64,000 nt of DNA, taken from positions 892 to 64,891 of IMG/VR virus record IMGVR_UViG_2918486186_000008, one strand, 5' to 3'. A program made the translations under genes and the position numbers. Each line of letters opens with the position of its first letter. The stretch's first letter is position 1. The stretch comes from a virus. Below are positions 8,940-17,482 of this stretch, piece after piece. The notes under the pieces are model-generated. The model was given only the letters and a program-made list of their open reading frames with translations. It ran no database searches and had not been told where the DNA came from.

Positions 8940-9092
8940 TCAGCGTCGCGCCCGGAGCACCAGGCCGGCGATGAAGAGGGCGATCAGCCCCGCCTCCATC
9001 AGGAAGAAGCCGACGGACGGCTCGCTCCCGAAGCCCGAGTAGACCGGGCCGCGGACGCCGGAATTGCCGTAGTGGCTGATCGACGGCACCAT
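8940..9092 (-). CDS. small membrane protein
   Basis: Manual translation MVPSISHYG...FFLMEAGLIALFIAGLVLRARR, 50 aa. Confidence 0.45.
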   Translation of the reverse strand: MVPSISHYGNSGVRGPVYSGFGSEPSVGFFLMEAGLIALFIAGLVLRARR

Positions 9093-9093
9093 G

Positions 9094-9564
9094 TCAGGCG
9101 ACCTCGCCCCGGATCAGGCCGTCACACAGCGCCCTCGCCTCGTCCACGAGCTGCCGGCGCTGGGCTGCATCGTCCCGGTAGAGCTGGCCGCCGAACTGAA
9201 TCATCAGGTTGCGGGCCGCGGCCGAGACGTTGTCCAGCATCTCCAGGAGCTGCTCGCGGGTCGGCTCGGCCGGCGGCTCGTCGCGCCAGGTGCGCGGGCC
9301 CGACACGTAGGTGAAGCGGTCGGTGCCGCCGTCGCCGACCCAGCTATCGGCGAAGCCCGCCCACTGGTTGTCGGCCGAGAACAGCAGCGCCCGGGTCCAG
9401 GCGTCGCCACCCTCGACCGGCTCGTAGGTCACGAGCCACTCGCCCGGGTTCTCGCTGTGTCGGGAGACGGCGGCGACGCGGTAGCGGGTGCCCTTGTGGT
9501 GGCGCCAGATCGAGCCGCGACCGGGCAGGTAGTCGGGCTTGGGCGAAAGCGCGGTTGCGGTCAT
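9094..9564 (-). CDS. DUF1653 domain-containing protein
   Basis: WRHHKGTRYRVAAVSRHSE...LVTYEP...WTR pattern. Confidence 0.75.
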   Translation of the reverse strand: MTATALSPKPDYLPGRGSIWRHHKGTRYRVAAVSRHSENPGEWLVTYEPVEGGDAWTRALLFSADNQWAGFADSWVGDGGTDRFTYVSGPRTWRDEPPAEPTREQLLEMLDNVSAAARNLMIQFGGQLYRDDAAQRRQLVDEARALCDGLIRGEVA

Positions 9565-9579
9565 GATCGCATGCTCCCT

Positions 9580-9954
9580 TTAGCGCTTGGGCGAAACGAG
9601 GCCGGGGTAGCGGCTCCCGGCCGGCCCGTAGACCTCGAGGATCTCCTCGCATGCGGTGCGGGCGCCCTGCTTGCCGCGGCGCTTCTGCTGGCCGAGCCAA
9701 ATCTCCTCGGGGCCCTCGGGCTCGAGGTCCATCATCTCGATGCCGTTGGCGTAGAGCGTCTTGGTCACGGCGTCGCCGTCGACCCGCAGCCCCGGGCAGG
9801 CCTTGTCGGCATACTGGGTGTCGCCGAACATGGCGGCCATCGCCTTCAGCTTGTCGAAGTGGTCGGGCTCCGACTGGTGCCGGAAGTGGGTCTGCGCCTG
9901 CGCCGGGCCGGCGATCAGAGCGACGAGGAGGGCGGTTCGTGCGAATGCGCGCAT
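9580..9954 (-). CDS. exported two-Cys domain protein (paralog 1)
   Basis: Signal peptide; C...CEEILEVYGPAGSRYPGLV. Confidence 0.75.
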   Translation of the reverse strand: MRAFARTALLVALIAGPAQAQTHFRHQSEPDHFDKLKAMAAMFGDTQYADKACPGLRVDGDAVTKTLYANGIEMMDLEPEGPEEIWLGQQKRRGKQGARTACEEILEVYGPAGSRYPGLVSPKR

Positions 9955-9968
9955 GATCGAATGCTCCC

Positions 9969-10334
9969 TTACTCGCCCTGCGGCGCGTTCGGCCACACGA
10001 TCAGGCCGGGCAGGGTGGTGCCGCGGCGCCCGAACCGGCTGTAGAGGTCGACGCAGTTCGACCCGACCGCGCCCCGGTGGAAGCGCTCCTCCCAGTCGCG
10101 GGCGATAGCGGCGACCTTCTTGCCCTCGACCTCGGCCCGGCTGACGCCGTTGGCGCGCACCGCCTGCGCCATCACCTCGTAGTTCGTGCGCATGCCGGCG
10201 CAGTTGTGGTCCACGAACCGGGCGACGGCGATCATGATGCCGACCCGGTCGAGGCTGGTCATCGGCTTCTCCTTCGCGAGCGCCGGAGCGGTAGTCGCGG
10301 CGATCAAGGCGAGGGTGGTCAGGGCGCGCTTCAT
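9969..10334 (-). CDS. exported two-Cys domain protein (paralog 2)
   Basis: Signal peptide; C...CVDLYSRFGRRGTTLPGLI. Confidence 0.75.
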   Translation of the reverse strand: MKRALTTLALIAATTAPALAKEKPMTSLDRVGIMIAVARFVDHNCAGMRTNYEVMAQAVRANGVSRAEVEGKKVAAIARDWEERFHRGAVGSNCVDLYSRFGRRGTTLPGLIVWPNAPQGE

Positions 10335-10413
10335 GCTGGGGCTAGGTCCTTTCGTTTGAGCGGGTTGGTCGAATAGGCGCATGCGAGCTTGCCCGCATGC
10401 GCCCTTGCGATCG

Positions 10414-11070
10414 TCAGTGCTTCTTGGTGATGACGTGGGCGATCACGCTGCCCTCGTCGCCGAAGCGGCCCCAGGCGGTGTCACAGCCCTTCGGGTGCCT
10501 CACGTAGGCGGCCACCTGGTTCATCGCCTCGTTGGCGAGCGCCGGGCTGTTGATGTGGTCCTGGGGCACCTCGAGGCCGTTGAGCGTCGACACAAAGGTA
10601 TCCTGGCTGATCTCCATGTCCTTGCACTGGCCCCGGACGTAGGAGCTCGACGCCATCAGCAGCGCCGCCTTGTTCTCCGGCGAGCCGTCGGGGAAGCGCT
10701 CGGTGATCGGCTTCTTCTGCTCGCGCGGCTTCACGAGCCCGAGGATCACGGTGCCCTGGGGTCCGAACGCCTCCTCGATCCCCTTGCAGCCGTTCACCGG
10801 GTCCTTGCGCAGCTTGTCCGTCAGCTCGGCGATGTCGGCCGCGTAGCGCTTGTCCACGAGATCGGCTTGCGTGATGCCGTAGCCCTTCATGGCGCCGGCC
10901 TGGCCTGCGGAGTCGGGCTCGACGTTGCGGCAGACGAAGGCGGCCACGACGTTGACCGAGGCGATCTGGACGATCTTCATCTCGCGGGAGCCGTTCTTGG
11001 CCTCGTAGGCGCCGGCTGAGGAGGTGAGGGCGAGAGCGAGGGCGATGGCCGAAAGAGCGCATGCGCGCAT
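10414..11070 (-). CDS. exported protein with two tandem two-Cys domains (paralog 3)
   Basis: CKGIEEAFGPQGTVILGLV and CDTAWGRFGDEGSVIAHVI. Confidence 0.75.
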   Translation of the reverse strand: MRACALSAIALALALTSSAGAYEAKNGSREMKIVQIASVNVVAAFVCRNVEPDSAGQAGAMKGYGITQADLVDKRYAADIAELTDKLRKDPVNGCKGIEEAFGPQGTVILGLVKPREQKKPITERFPDGSPENKAALLMASSSYVRGQCKDMEISQDTFVSTLNGLEVPQDHINSPALANEAMNQVAAYVRHPKGCDTAWGRFGDEGSVIAHVITKKH

Positions 11071-11151
11071 GGTCGAATTTCCGTCTCGATTGCTGGGTGT
11101 GTCGGGGCGCGCATGCGGGCTTGATCGCATGCGCGCTTTAGCGAATGCGGC

Positions 11152-11655
11152 CTACTTCTTGCCGGCGCTGACGATCACGTCCGGGATGGCGCTGCCGGTC
11201 GGCCCGAACTCGGAGAAGATCAGGTCGCAGGCGCGCTTCGCCTCCATGCCGCGGTAGAAGGCGAGCTGCTGATCGGCGAGGTCCTTGATCTTCACCTGGT
11301 CGAGGCCGTCGGTCTTGAACTTGGCCTCGGAGAGCCGGGTGGCCGCGCCGACCGGGTCGAACTTGGCGTTCGGGCAGGCGCCGCCGTCCACGAACTCGTT
11401 CAGGGCGATGAAGGTCGCCTGGGTCTGGTAGTTGCGGCTCTCCCGGATCTGCTCGGGCGTGCCGGTCGGCAGCTTGGACTGGTCGGGGCGCGGCGTCTGG
11501 GCCGGGGCCGCCTTCGGGGCGTCCTTGTTCGTCGCCTCGATGTGCCCGTTCGGGGCGTCCTCGTGGTTCGTGACCCAGCCCGCGCGGGCGGCGATCGAGT
11601 TCGCCGGGATGGCCAGCAGGCAGCAGAGGGCGAGGGCGATGTGACGGTTCTTCAT
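11152..11655 (-). CDS. exported two-Cys domain protein (paralog 4)
   Basis: Signal peptide; C...CDLIFSEFGPTGSAIPDVI. Confidence 0.75.
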   Translation of the reverse strand: MKNRHIALALCCLLAIPANSIAARAGWVTNHEDAPNGHIEATNKDAPKAAPAQTPRPDQSKLPTGTPEQIRESRNYQTQATFIALNEFVDGGACPNAKFDPVGAATRLSEAKFKTDGLDQVKIKDLADQQLAFYRGMEAKRACDLIFSEFGPTGSAIPDVIVSAGKK

Positions 11656-11674
11656 GGTCGCTTGTGTCCTTTCG

Positions 11675-11989
11675 CTAATGCGCGCTTTCGCGCAGAGGGG
11701 TTGCAATCAGGAAGTCGCGCAGGACCCGCAGCTCGTTGAGGTCCTCGACGGCGTTCCAGTGCTCGTGGCCCCGCTTGCCGTGACGGCGCGGGAAGGTGCG
11801 CTTGACCCGGTCCTCGGCCTCGGGGAGCACGGTCCCGTCGAGGTGCGCGAGGCACTGGGTGCGATGTTCTTCGGAGACGGGCCGGCCATCGCCCGCGTGG
11901 AAGGCGTAGAAACAGGCCCCGGGGTCGGCTGAGTGGATGTAGCTGCCCCACTGGGAGGCGATGGCGTAGGCGGCCGACGGCGCCAGCAT
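11675..11989 (-). CDS. hypothetical protein
   Basis: 104-aa ORF with SD AGGAG. Confidence 0.6.
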   Translation of the reverse strand: MLAPSAAYAIASQWGSYIHSADPGACFYAFHAGDGRPVSEEHRTQCLAHLDGTVLPEAEDRVKRTFPRRHGKRGHEHWNAVEDLNELRVLRDFLIATPLRESAH

Positions 11990-12062
11990 GATCGAAAGCT
12001 CCTTTGCTCGAATGCGCGAATGATCGAGGTGAGGGCGGGGCGCGTCGGCCCCGCCCGGTGGA

Positions 12063-12884
12063 TCAGGCGGCTTCCGCCGGGGCGGGCCCGGCGGCGAGGG
12101 TGCGAAGCGCCTCGACCAGGAGGCTGTCCGGGTTCACGGTCAGCTTGTTGCCGGCCCGGGTCGCGATCTTGAGCGCGGGGAACAGCGACATGATCTGGCC
12201 GACCTGGCTGCGGGCGGTGCCCTCGGCGTAGGTCTTCGAGCCGTTCTTGGTGCTGGTCGCCTTCAGCACCGCGACCATGTCCGACGAGGTGATCTCGCCG
12301 GCGGCGTCGAGCGCCCGGAAGCAGTCCATCACGTAGGTGGACGGCGCCTTGCCCTGGTGGATCGAGACCAGGAGGTTCTCGAATTTCTCCTGGACCTTCT
12401 TCTGCGCCGGGCAGGCGCGGATGACGGCCGCCTTGTTCGCCTCGAGGTCGTCGGGCACGAGGGTGGTGAGCACGAAGGCGTCGACCGGCAGGGCATCGAC
12501 GCTGATCCGCGGGGTGCGGGTTTTCGCCGGGCCGGCAGCCTTCTTGGGCTTGGCGGCAGCGGGCGTGGCCGGGGTGACGTCGGTCGCCGCGAGGTCGATG
12601 ACCGGGCCGCTCTCGTGGCTGGCGTAGACCTCCTCGCGGGCCTCCTGGAGCTGCATCTCGGCCTCGATCGCGGAGGCGGTCTCCTCGTCGAGGATCGTCT
12701 CGTCGGTAGCCGCGAGCTCCACCTGGCCGTCCTCGGTCGCCGGCTCCTCGATCACGTCGTCGGCGGCGACGTCGCTGACCGCCTGCACGTCGACGATGGT
12801 CTCGTCGGGGATATCCAGACCGCCCAGCAGAGCGTCCAGCTCGTCGGCTTCGGCAGTCATCACGGTGGTGCTCGCGTCGTTCAT
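12063..12884 (-). CDS. hypothetical protein, acidic N-terminus and possible winged-helix C-terminus
   Basis: Start moved to MNDASTT (SD AAGGAG); promoter variant at 12944-12965. Confidence 0.7.
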   Translation of the reverse strand: MNDASTTVMTAEADELDALLGGLDIPDETIVDVQAVSDVAADDVIEEPATEDGQVELAATDETILDEETASAIEAEMQLQEAREEVYASHESGPVIDLAATDVTPATPAAAKPKKAAGPAKTRTPRISVDALPVDAFVLTTLVPDDLEANKAAVIRACPAQKKVQEKFENLLVSIHQGKAPSTYVMDCFRALDAAGEITSSDMVAVLKATSTKNGSKTYAEGTARSQVGQIMSLFPALKIATRAGNKLTVNPDSLLVEALRTLAAGPAPAEAA

Positions 12885-13085
12885 CTGTGTGTTCTCCTTC
12901 TCTGTTGCTGTTGTCGTTGCTCTCTTGCTCTCGACAGTCTCGTTATAGCTACGAGAACTCGGCGATGCGGCTGGAACGACTTGGATCAGGAAGGGAGCTT
13001 TCGCTCTTGCGCGCATGCGCTGATGCGCGCTTGCCGCCATACGGCCGGGGTCCAGCCCCGGCCGTTCGGTCACGATGTGCGAGGA

Positions 13086-14063
13086 TCAGAAGTCCTGGAG
13101 CGCGGCCCGCTTCCAGTGGTTGTCCGACACGCACTGGTAGAAGAAGCCGGTGTCGTAGGCCTGCTCGCCGCGCACGCACGCGCCGAACGACGAGGACGGG
13201 GTGTGCGGGATCGTGGCGGCGATCCGGCCGACCTGGACAAGGCCGTCATCGAACACCGACAGCATCGGGCCGCCCGGGGTGAAGTAGCGGAGCGCCGTGT
13301 TGTCGTAGTCCCAGAAGTGCTTGAAGTTGCCGTCGTTGTCGCCGTCGACCGCGAAGAACTGGTTCGGCGCCATCATGATCGCGGCCTTGGAGAAGTAGGC
13401 CTGCGTGGTGTCGAGGCCGATCTGGAACTGCCCGCCCTGGCCCAGGAAGCCGATGCCGCGGTCGATCCAGCCGCCGGCCGGGGTGCCCATCATGATGCCG
13501 TAGCCCGAGTGGGCGCCGTTCGTGCCGGACATGGAGATCTGGATGCCGACGCGCTGCCGGTTCTTGTCGGTGCCCTTGGCCGTGGTGGACACGTCGATCT
13601 CGGTGCCGATGCACGAGGCGACCGGGTCTTCCTCGCCCGTCATGTCCGCGCAGTTGAAGTTGCCCGCCCAGGTCGGACCGACCGGTCCGATGCCGTTCGA
13701 CTCCTTGAAGGCCGTGCCGTTCACCGCGACGTTCTGGGCGCCCGTGGAGGCGAGGGCGTTGTTGTGGAGCTCACCCGTGAGGACCCACTCGAAGCCCTTG
13801 TTGTTCGGGTTGGTCGAGCCCAGCGCCCAGATGGTGTGGTAGGTGTTCCACATCTGCCCCGAGCCCGAGTTCATGTGCCGGTCGACCCGCAAGCTGGTCG
13901 TCGGGTCGAAGTTCGGCGGCGCGTTCCAGATCATCATCGTGCCGCCGTCGATGCCCGGCTGACCCGTGCCCTGCACGTTCGGGACAAAGGTCTGCGCCGC
14001 GACAGGAGAGGCCGCGCAAGCAAGAACGGAGGCGAGCAGAAGGTTACGAAGGAAATAGGTCAT
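13086..14063 (-). CDS. exported beta-rich protein with a phage tail-fibre-like C-terminal motif
   Basis: Signal peptide; Gly/Asn-rich body; C-terminus PSSSFGACVRGEQAYDTGFFYQCVSDNHWKRAAL. Confidence 0.65.
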   Translation of the reverse strand: MTYFLRNLLLASVLACAASPVAAQTFVPNVQGTGQPGIDGGTMMIWNAPPNFDPTTSLRVDRHMNSGSGQMWNTYHTIWALGSTNPNNKGFEWVLTGELHNNALASTGAQNVAVNGTAFKESNGIGPVGPTWAGNFNCADMTGEEDPVASCIGTEIDVSTTAKGTDKNRQRVGIQISMSGTNGAHSGYGIMMGTPAGGWIDRGIGFLGQGGQFQIGLDTTQAYFSKAAIMMAPNQFFAVDGDNDGNFKHFWDYDNTALRYFTPGGPMLSVFDDGLVQVGRIAATIPHTPSSSFGACVRGEQAYDTGFFYQCVSDNHWKRAALQDF

Positions 14064-14102
14064 AGTTATCCTGTGTATTCTACTGGTGGATCTTTGCCGT
14101 CT

Positions 14103-14143
14103 CAGTCAGTAGTGACTTATCTATAGTGAGGCGACTTCGGGGA
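14103..14143 (-). promoter_or_regulatory. operator (14103-14118) plus conserved promoter variant (14122-14143)
   Basis: CAGTCAGTAGTGACTT; TCCCCGA-N8-CACTATA. Confidence 0.65.
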
Positions 14144-14157
14144 TGGCAACCGAATTT

Positions 14158-14427
14158 TTACTCGGCTTCTGCAAATTCTTCGGGAACTGCCGGGATGTCT
14201 GCGACGAGCATCGCGGCCGGCATGATGGTTTGGCCCGCGACGACCATGCAGATGTTGGCGCCGGCGGCGATCTGGGCGCGCTCCTCGGGCGTCGGCTCCC
14301 AGACGGTCGTGACCTGGCCGTCCTTCCGGTGGCCGTAGATCGTGAGGCACTTGCCGTGCTTGGCCTCGTCCCAGTCCTTGGGTGCCGTGAGGCGCAGGTT
14401 CGCCCCGTGGAACTTCACAGCCTTCAT
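14158..14427 (-). CDS. hypothetical phage protein
   Basis: MKAVKFHGAN...TTVWEPTPEERAQIAAGANI, a type common in phages. Confidence 0.6.
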   Translation of the reverse strand: MKAVKFHGANLRLTAPKDWDEAKHGKCLTIYGHRKDGQVTTVWEPTPEERAQIAAGANICMVVAGQTIMPAAMLVADIPAVPEEFAEAE

Positions 14428-14462
14428 GGTGGCATGCTCGCTTTCGTGCTTGTGCGAATGGG

Positions 14463-14717
14463 CTACGGGATGGCGAACCAGCGCTGCTGCCGGCCCTGGC
14501 GCACGCACCGGATCTGCCCGGCCGTGCGGAGCTTCTGGATGAGCCGGTCTGCGAGCCGGTGCGGGACCATCCGCTTCGGGTCGGTGATGCCGGCGGCGAG
14601 GAGCAGCGACGTGGCGCGGCCCTCGATCGCGGTGGCCGTGGGGCCGGAGCCGCTGGTGATGAAGTGGGTCAGCGCCGTCACGACGCTGTCGGGGATCTCG
14701 GTGCCGAGGACGATCAT
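14463..14717 (-). CDS. hypothetical protein (possible HTH)
   Basis: 84-aa ORF in a co-directional cluster. Confidence 0.55.
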   Translation of the reverse strand: MIVLGTEIPDSVVTALTHFITSGSGPTATAIEGRATSLLLAAGITDPKRMVPHRLADRLIQKLRTAGQIRCVRQGRQQRWFAIP

Positions 14718-14745
14718 GGGCGCATGCTCGCTTGATTGAATGCGA

Positions 14746-14904
14746 TCAGAAGTGGACGCCTGCGGCCATCAGGCCGCCGGCCGAGAGCGCCGCGGTGCCG
14801 AGGATGATGTTGAAGCCGCACGAGCCGTAGAGGCCCTCGCGCCAGTCGTAGGCGGCCGTCCCGAACAGGATCAGGGCCAGGGCGATGAGAGCGAGCCAGT
14901 TCAT
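14746..14904 (-). CDS. small two-TM membrane protein
   Basis: Manual translation MNWLALIALALILFGTAA...IILGTAALSAGGLMAAGVHF, 52 aa. Confidence 0.5.
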   Translation of the reverse strand: MNWLALIALALILFGTAAYDWREGLYGSCGFNIILGTAALSAGGLMAAGVHF

Positions 14905-15215
14905 GCGACCACCTGCAGGTGAGAGGGACGGGACTTCGAGCGAAGGGGAGGGCGGTGCGCGGCCGGCGGCGTGTAGCTGTGCGCCGGGCAGAGCGGGTGC
15001 GGCGCGGCCGCGACCGGGAAGGCCATGAACCGGCGCGGCATGCGCCGGTCGAACTGGTAGGCGCCGAAGCGCACGAGGCCCCAGCCCTCGTTGCCGCCCA
15101 TTAGGTAGTAGCGGGCGATCTCGGGGTCGTGCTCGACCACCATCGCGATCGAGGGCTTGGGCGCGGCGTAGGCCTTGAACTCCGCGATCGTGAGATTGTC
15201 GTTGACCGCGATCAT
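14901..15215 (-). CDS. hypothetical protein
   Basis: 104-aa ORF; operator at 15223-15238 just upstream. Confidence 0.55.
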   Translation of the reverse strand: MIAVNDNLTIAEFKAYAAPKPSIAMVVEHDPEIARYYLMGGNEGWGLVRFGAYQFDRRMPRRFMAFPVAAAPHPLCPAHSYTPPAAHRPPLRSKSRPSHLQVVA

Positions 15216-15497
15216 CGGTGGGAACTCAGCACTGACTTACTGCCCTGGACGGACTTCGGGCGTAGATGACCCAGCAGACCGAACACCACGAAGTGCAGGC
15301 GGATCAGCACCCACAGAGCGAGGCCCACGATCAGGAAGGCGAAGCCCGACAGCATGGTGACGAGGGGCCACCAGGTGAGGTTGATGAGCGAGCCGGGTGC
15401 CCGGAGGATGCCCCGCTCGAACGCGAGGTAAACGGAGCTGACGTAGCGCGGGTTTCGGCCGGCCTCGATGTCGAGGAAGTCGTTCAGCGGATCGGGC

Positions 15498-16079
15498 TTA
15501 CGCGGCAAGGGAGATCTCCTGGGCGGGGTAGAGGAAGTCGAGGTCGGGGTCCTTGAAGGCGCGCCAACGGCGCGCGTTGAAGAAGGCACGCATCATCACG
15601 TCCACGTCGTATTCCGCCCGGTGCGCCTGGGACGGGTCGTAGTCGATGCCGAGGGCGGCGCAGAACACGCCGAGGTTCGGGACCGCGCCGTTCGGGGTGG
15701 CGAACCGGCCGCGCAGCATCGTGTCGAGGACGGGCTTGGTCAGGGCGGGCAGCCGCATGCGGCCCAGCTCGTAGTTCATGAAGGGGAGGTCGAAGCCCTC
15801 GCCGTTGTGGGCGACGGTGAACACCGGCTCCTCGAGGCGCCGGCGCACCTCCTCGGCGACCTCGGACCAGGTCGGGCAGCCCACGATGTCGTTCGGGCCG
15901 ATGCCGTGGATCCGCCGGACGTCGGCCGGGATCGAGCGCTGCGGGTCGACCTTGGTCACGTAGGTATCCACGAGCCGCTCAGACTCCAGCTCGTAGGTGA
16001 GGATCGCGACCTCGACAAACCGATGGTCGCCCGGCTGCAATCCCGTCGTCTCGGTGTCCCAACCCGCGATCAGCGTCAC
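15498..16079 (-). CDS. DEDDh 3'-5' exonuclease (DNA Pol III epsilon-like)
   Basis: DTETTG, VAHNGEGFDLPF, LDTM and HRAEYDV motifs. Confidence 0.92.
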   Translation of the reverse strand: MTLIAGWDTETTGLQPGDHRFVEVAILTYELESERLVDTYVTKVDPQRSIPADVRRIHGIGPNDIVGCPTWSEVAEEVRRRLEEPVFTVAHNGEGFDLPFMNYELGRMRLPALTKPVLDTMLRGRFATPNGAVPNLGVFCAALGIDYDPSQAHRAEYDVDVMMRAFFNARRWRAFKDPDLDFLYPAQEISLAA

Positions 16080-16369
16080 GCCTCGTTCTCCTCGTCGGTG
16101 AGCGGCACATCCTCCTCGAGGCTGCCGGCGATCTCGTCTCCGTCCCGGAAGCGGGCGACCACGACGGGCTCGCCCTCGCTCCAGGCATGGTCGTTCAACA
16201 GGGCCTCGACGAGCTGGAGCTTCGGCATCTCCGCGAGCTCGATCCGCTCGATCTCGATCACCCGGTCGGTCTTCACCGAGGCGCGCCGCGCGACCCGGAC
16301 CGCTTCGTGCTTGAAGGCCCGGTAGACGGGCGCTCCGTTCTCATCCTTGATGCGGAACACCTTGCTCAC
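16076..16369 (-). CDS. hypothetical protein
   Basis: GTG start overlapping the upstream stop; C-terminal part of the track ORF 16076..16795. Confidence 0.55.
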   Translation of the reverse strand: MSKVFRIKDENGAPVYRAFKHEAVRVARRASVKTDRVIEIERIELAEMPKLQLVEALLNDHAWSEGEPVVVARFRDGDEIAGSLEEDVPLTDEENEA

Positions 16370-16743
16370 TTCGGCGCATGCTCCTTGAGCTCCTGCCGCG
16401 CCCGGTAGAGCAGGGCGCTCATGTCCTCGGCGATCAGCCCGTGGGTCACGTCGAACAGGGCGTCGATCACGAACCACAGGTCTCGGTCGGTCATGCGCCC
16501 GGCGTCGCGGGCGGCGTTGGCGTCCTGGACCGCTTGGAGCGCCTTGCGGGTCAGCTCCTCGCGCATCGTCGGCCATTCGCTCTTGCTCGCATTCGGGCTT
16601 TCGCGCTTGGGCGCCTTCGGCGGCTCGATCAGGCGGCCAGCGAGGACCATTAGCCGGGCCGCTGCGCTGGTGCCGGGCCGGTGCTTGTTGAGCGCGGCGG
16701 CCCCAGCACGGCAGGCGATATGAAACTCGTGTCGCTCGCTCAT
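16366..16743 (-). CDS. hypothetical protein
   Basis: 125-aa ORF behind the conserved promoter (16797-16818) and operator (16823-16838); contains an octamer array at 16572-16611. Confidence 0.65.
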   Translation of the reverse strand: MSERHEFHIACRAGAAALNKHRPGTSAAARLMVLAGRLIEPPKAPKRESPNASKSEWPTMREELTRKALQAVQDANAARDAGRMTDRDLWFVIDALFDVTHGLIAEDMSALLYRARQELKEHAPK

Positions 16744-17191
16744 TTTCGCCTCCCTGTCTGTGTGCGCGTCGCGTCAGCTCGACGTCACGACTCATTTGTA
16801 GCGACGCGACGTCGGGTTGTCACAGTCAGCGCTGACTTACCGTGCTAAACCAGCACGCTGAGGAGTGCAATGCGCTTGGCCAGTCTCATGCCACATGTGC
16901 TCAACGTCCTGCCGCACTGACGTAGGGTTGCCCGCCTTGCGAGCGTCCTGCACCACATCAAGCTCGGCGAGATACTTGAGCGGGCGCGTTTGAAACGACG
17001 CTTCGGCAATGCGCCTTTGCCTTGACCGGCCAAGCAAATTTGACGCTCTGAAATGGCCGACATCGTGAGGCTTTGCAGCGCAGCATCAGTAAATATGGAC
17101 GGCCGGTTCATGACGGAGGCTTTGAAAAAGAAAACCTCCGCTGTGATATAAATAGCACTTTACCTCGTTTCCGACATCCAGAATAAATAGA

Positions 17192-17386
17192 TTGTCGAAA
17201 TGGGAGGTCTGCATGTCGAATGCTTCAATGGGCCGCTATCCAGACAAAGTCGATCCAGATTTGGGTGAAGATGACGCTCCCGATAAGGATGAAGACAAAG
17301 AAAAAGACGAAGAGAAAGAAAAAGAGAAAAAAAGACCAGACACTGGTATCCCAAGACCTCAGAACCCTGACCGATATCCTGATTAA
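17192..17386 (+). CDS. small highly charged low-complexity protein
   Basis: DKDEDKEKDEEKEKEKK; inside the low-GC island. Confidence 0.4.
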   Translation: MSKWEVCMSNASMGRYPDKVDPDLGEDDAPDKDEDKEKDEEKEKEKKRPDTGIPRPQNPDRYPD

Positions 17387-17482
17387 TCAGCAAATTTTCC
17401 AGATCCGGCCCGCTGGGTGATTGGCTTCAGTGGGCTGATATTCGAGCGTGTGACTATCTATTTGCAGACGGATTATTTGCTC

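Noticed and set aside
4733-16611. CRISPR array or integron attC cassettes as the explanation for the recurring repeats
   Set aside because: No constant repeat with regular unique spacers, no cas or intI gene, and no GTTRRRY/RYYYAAC attC ends.
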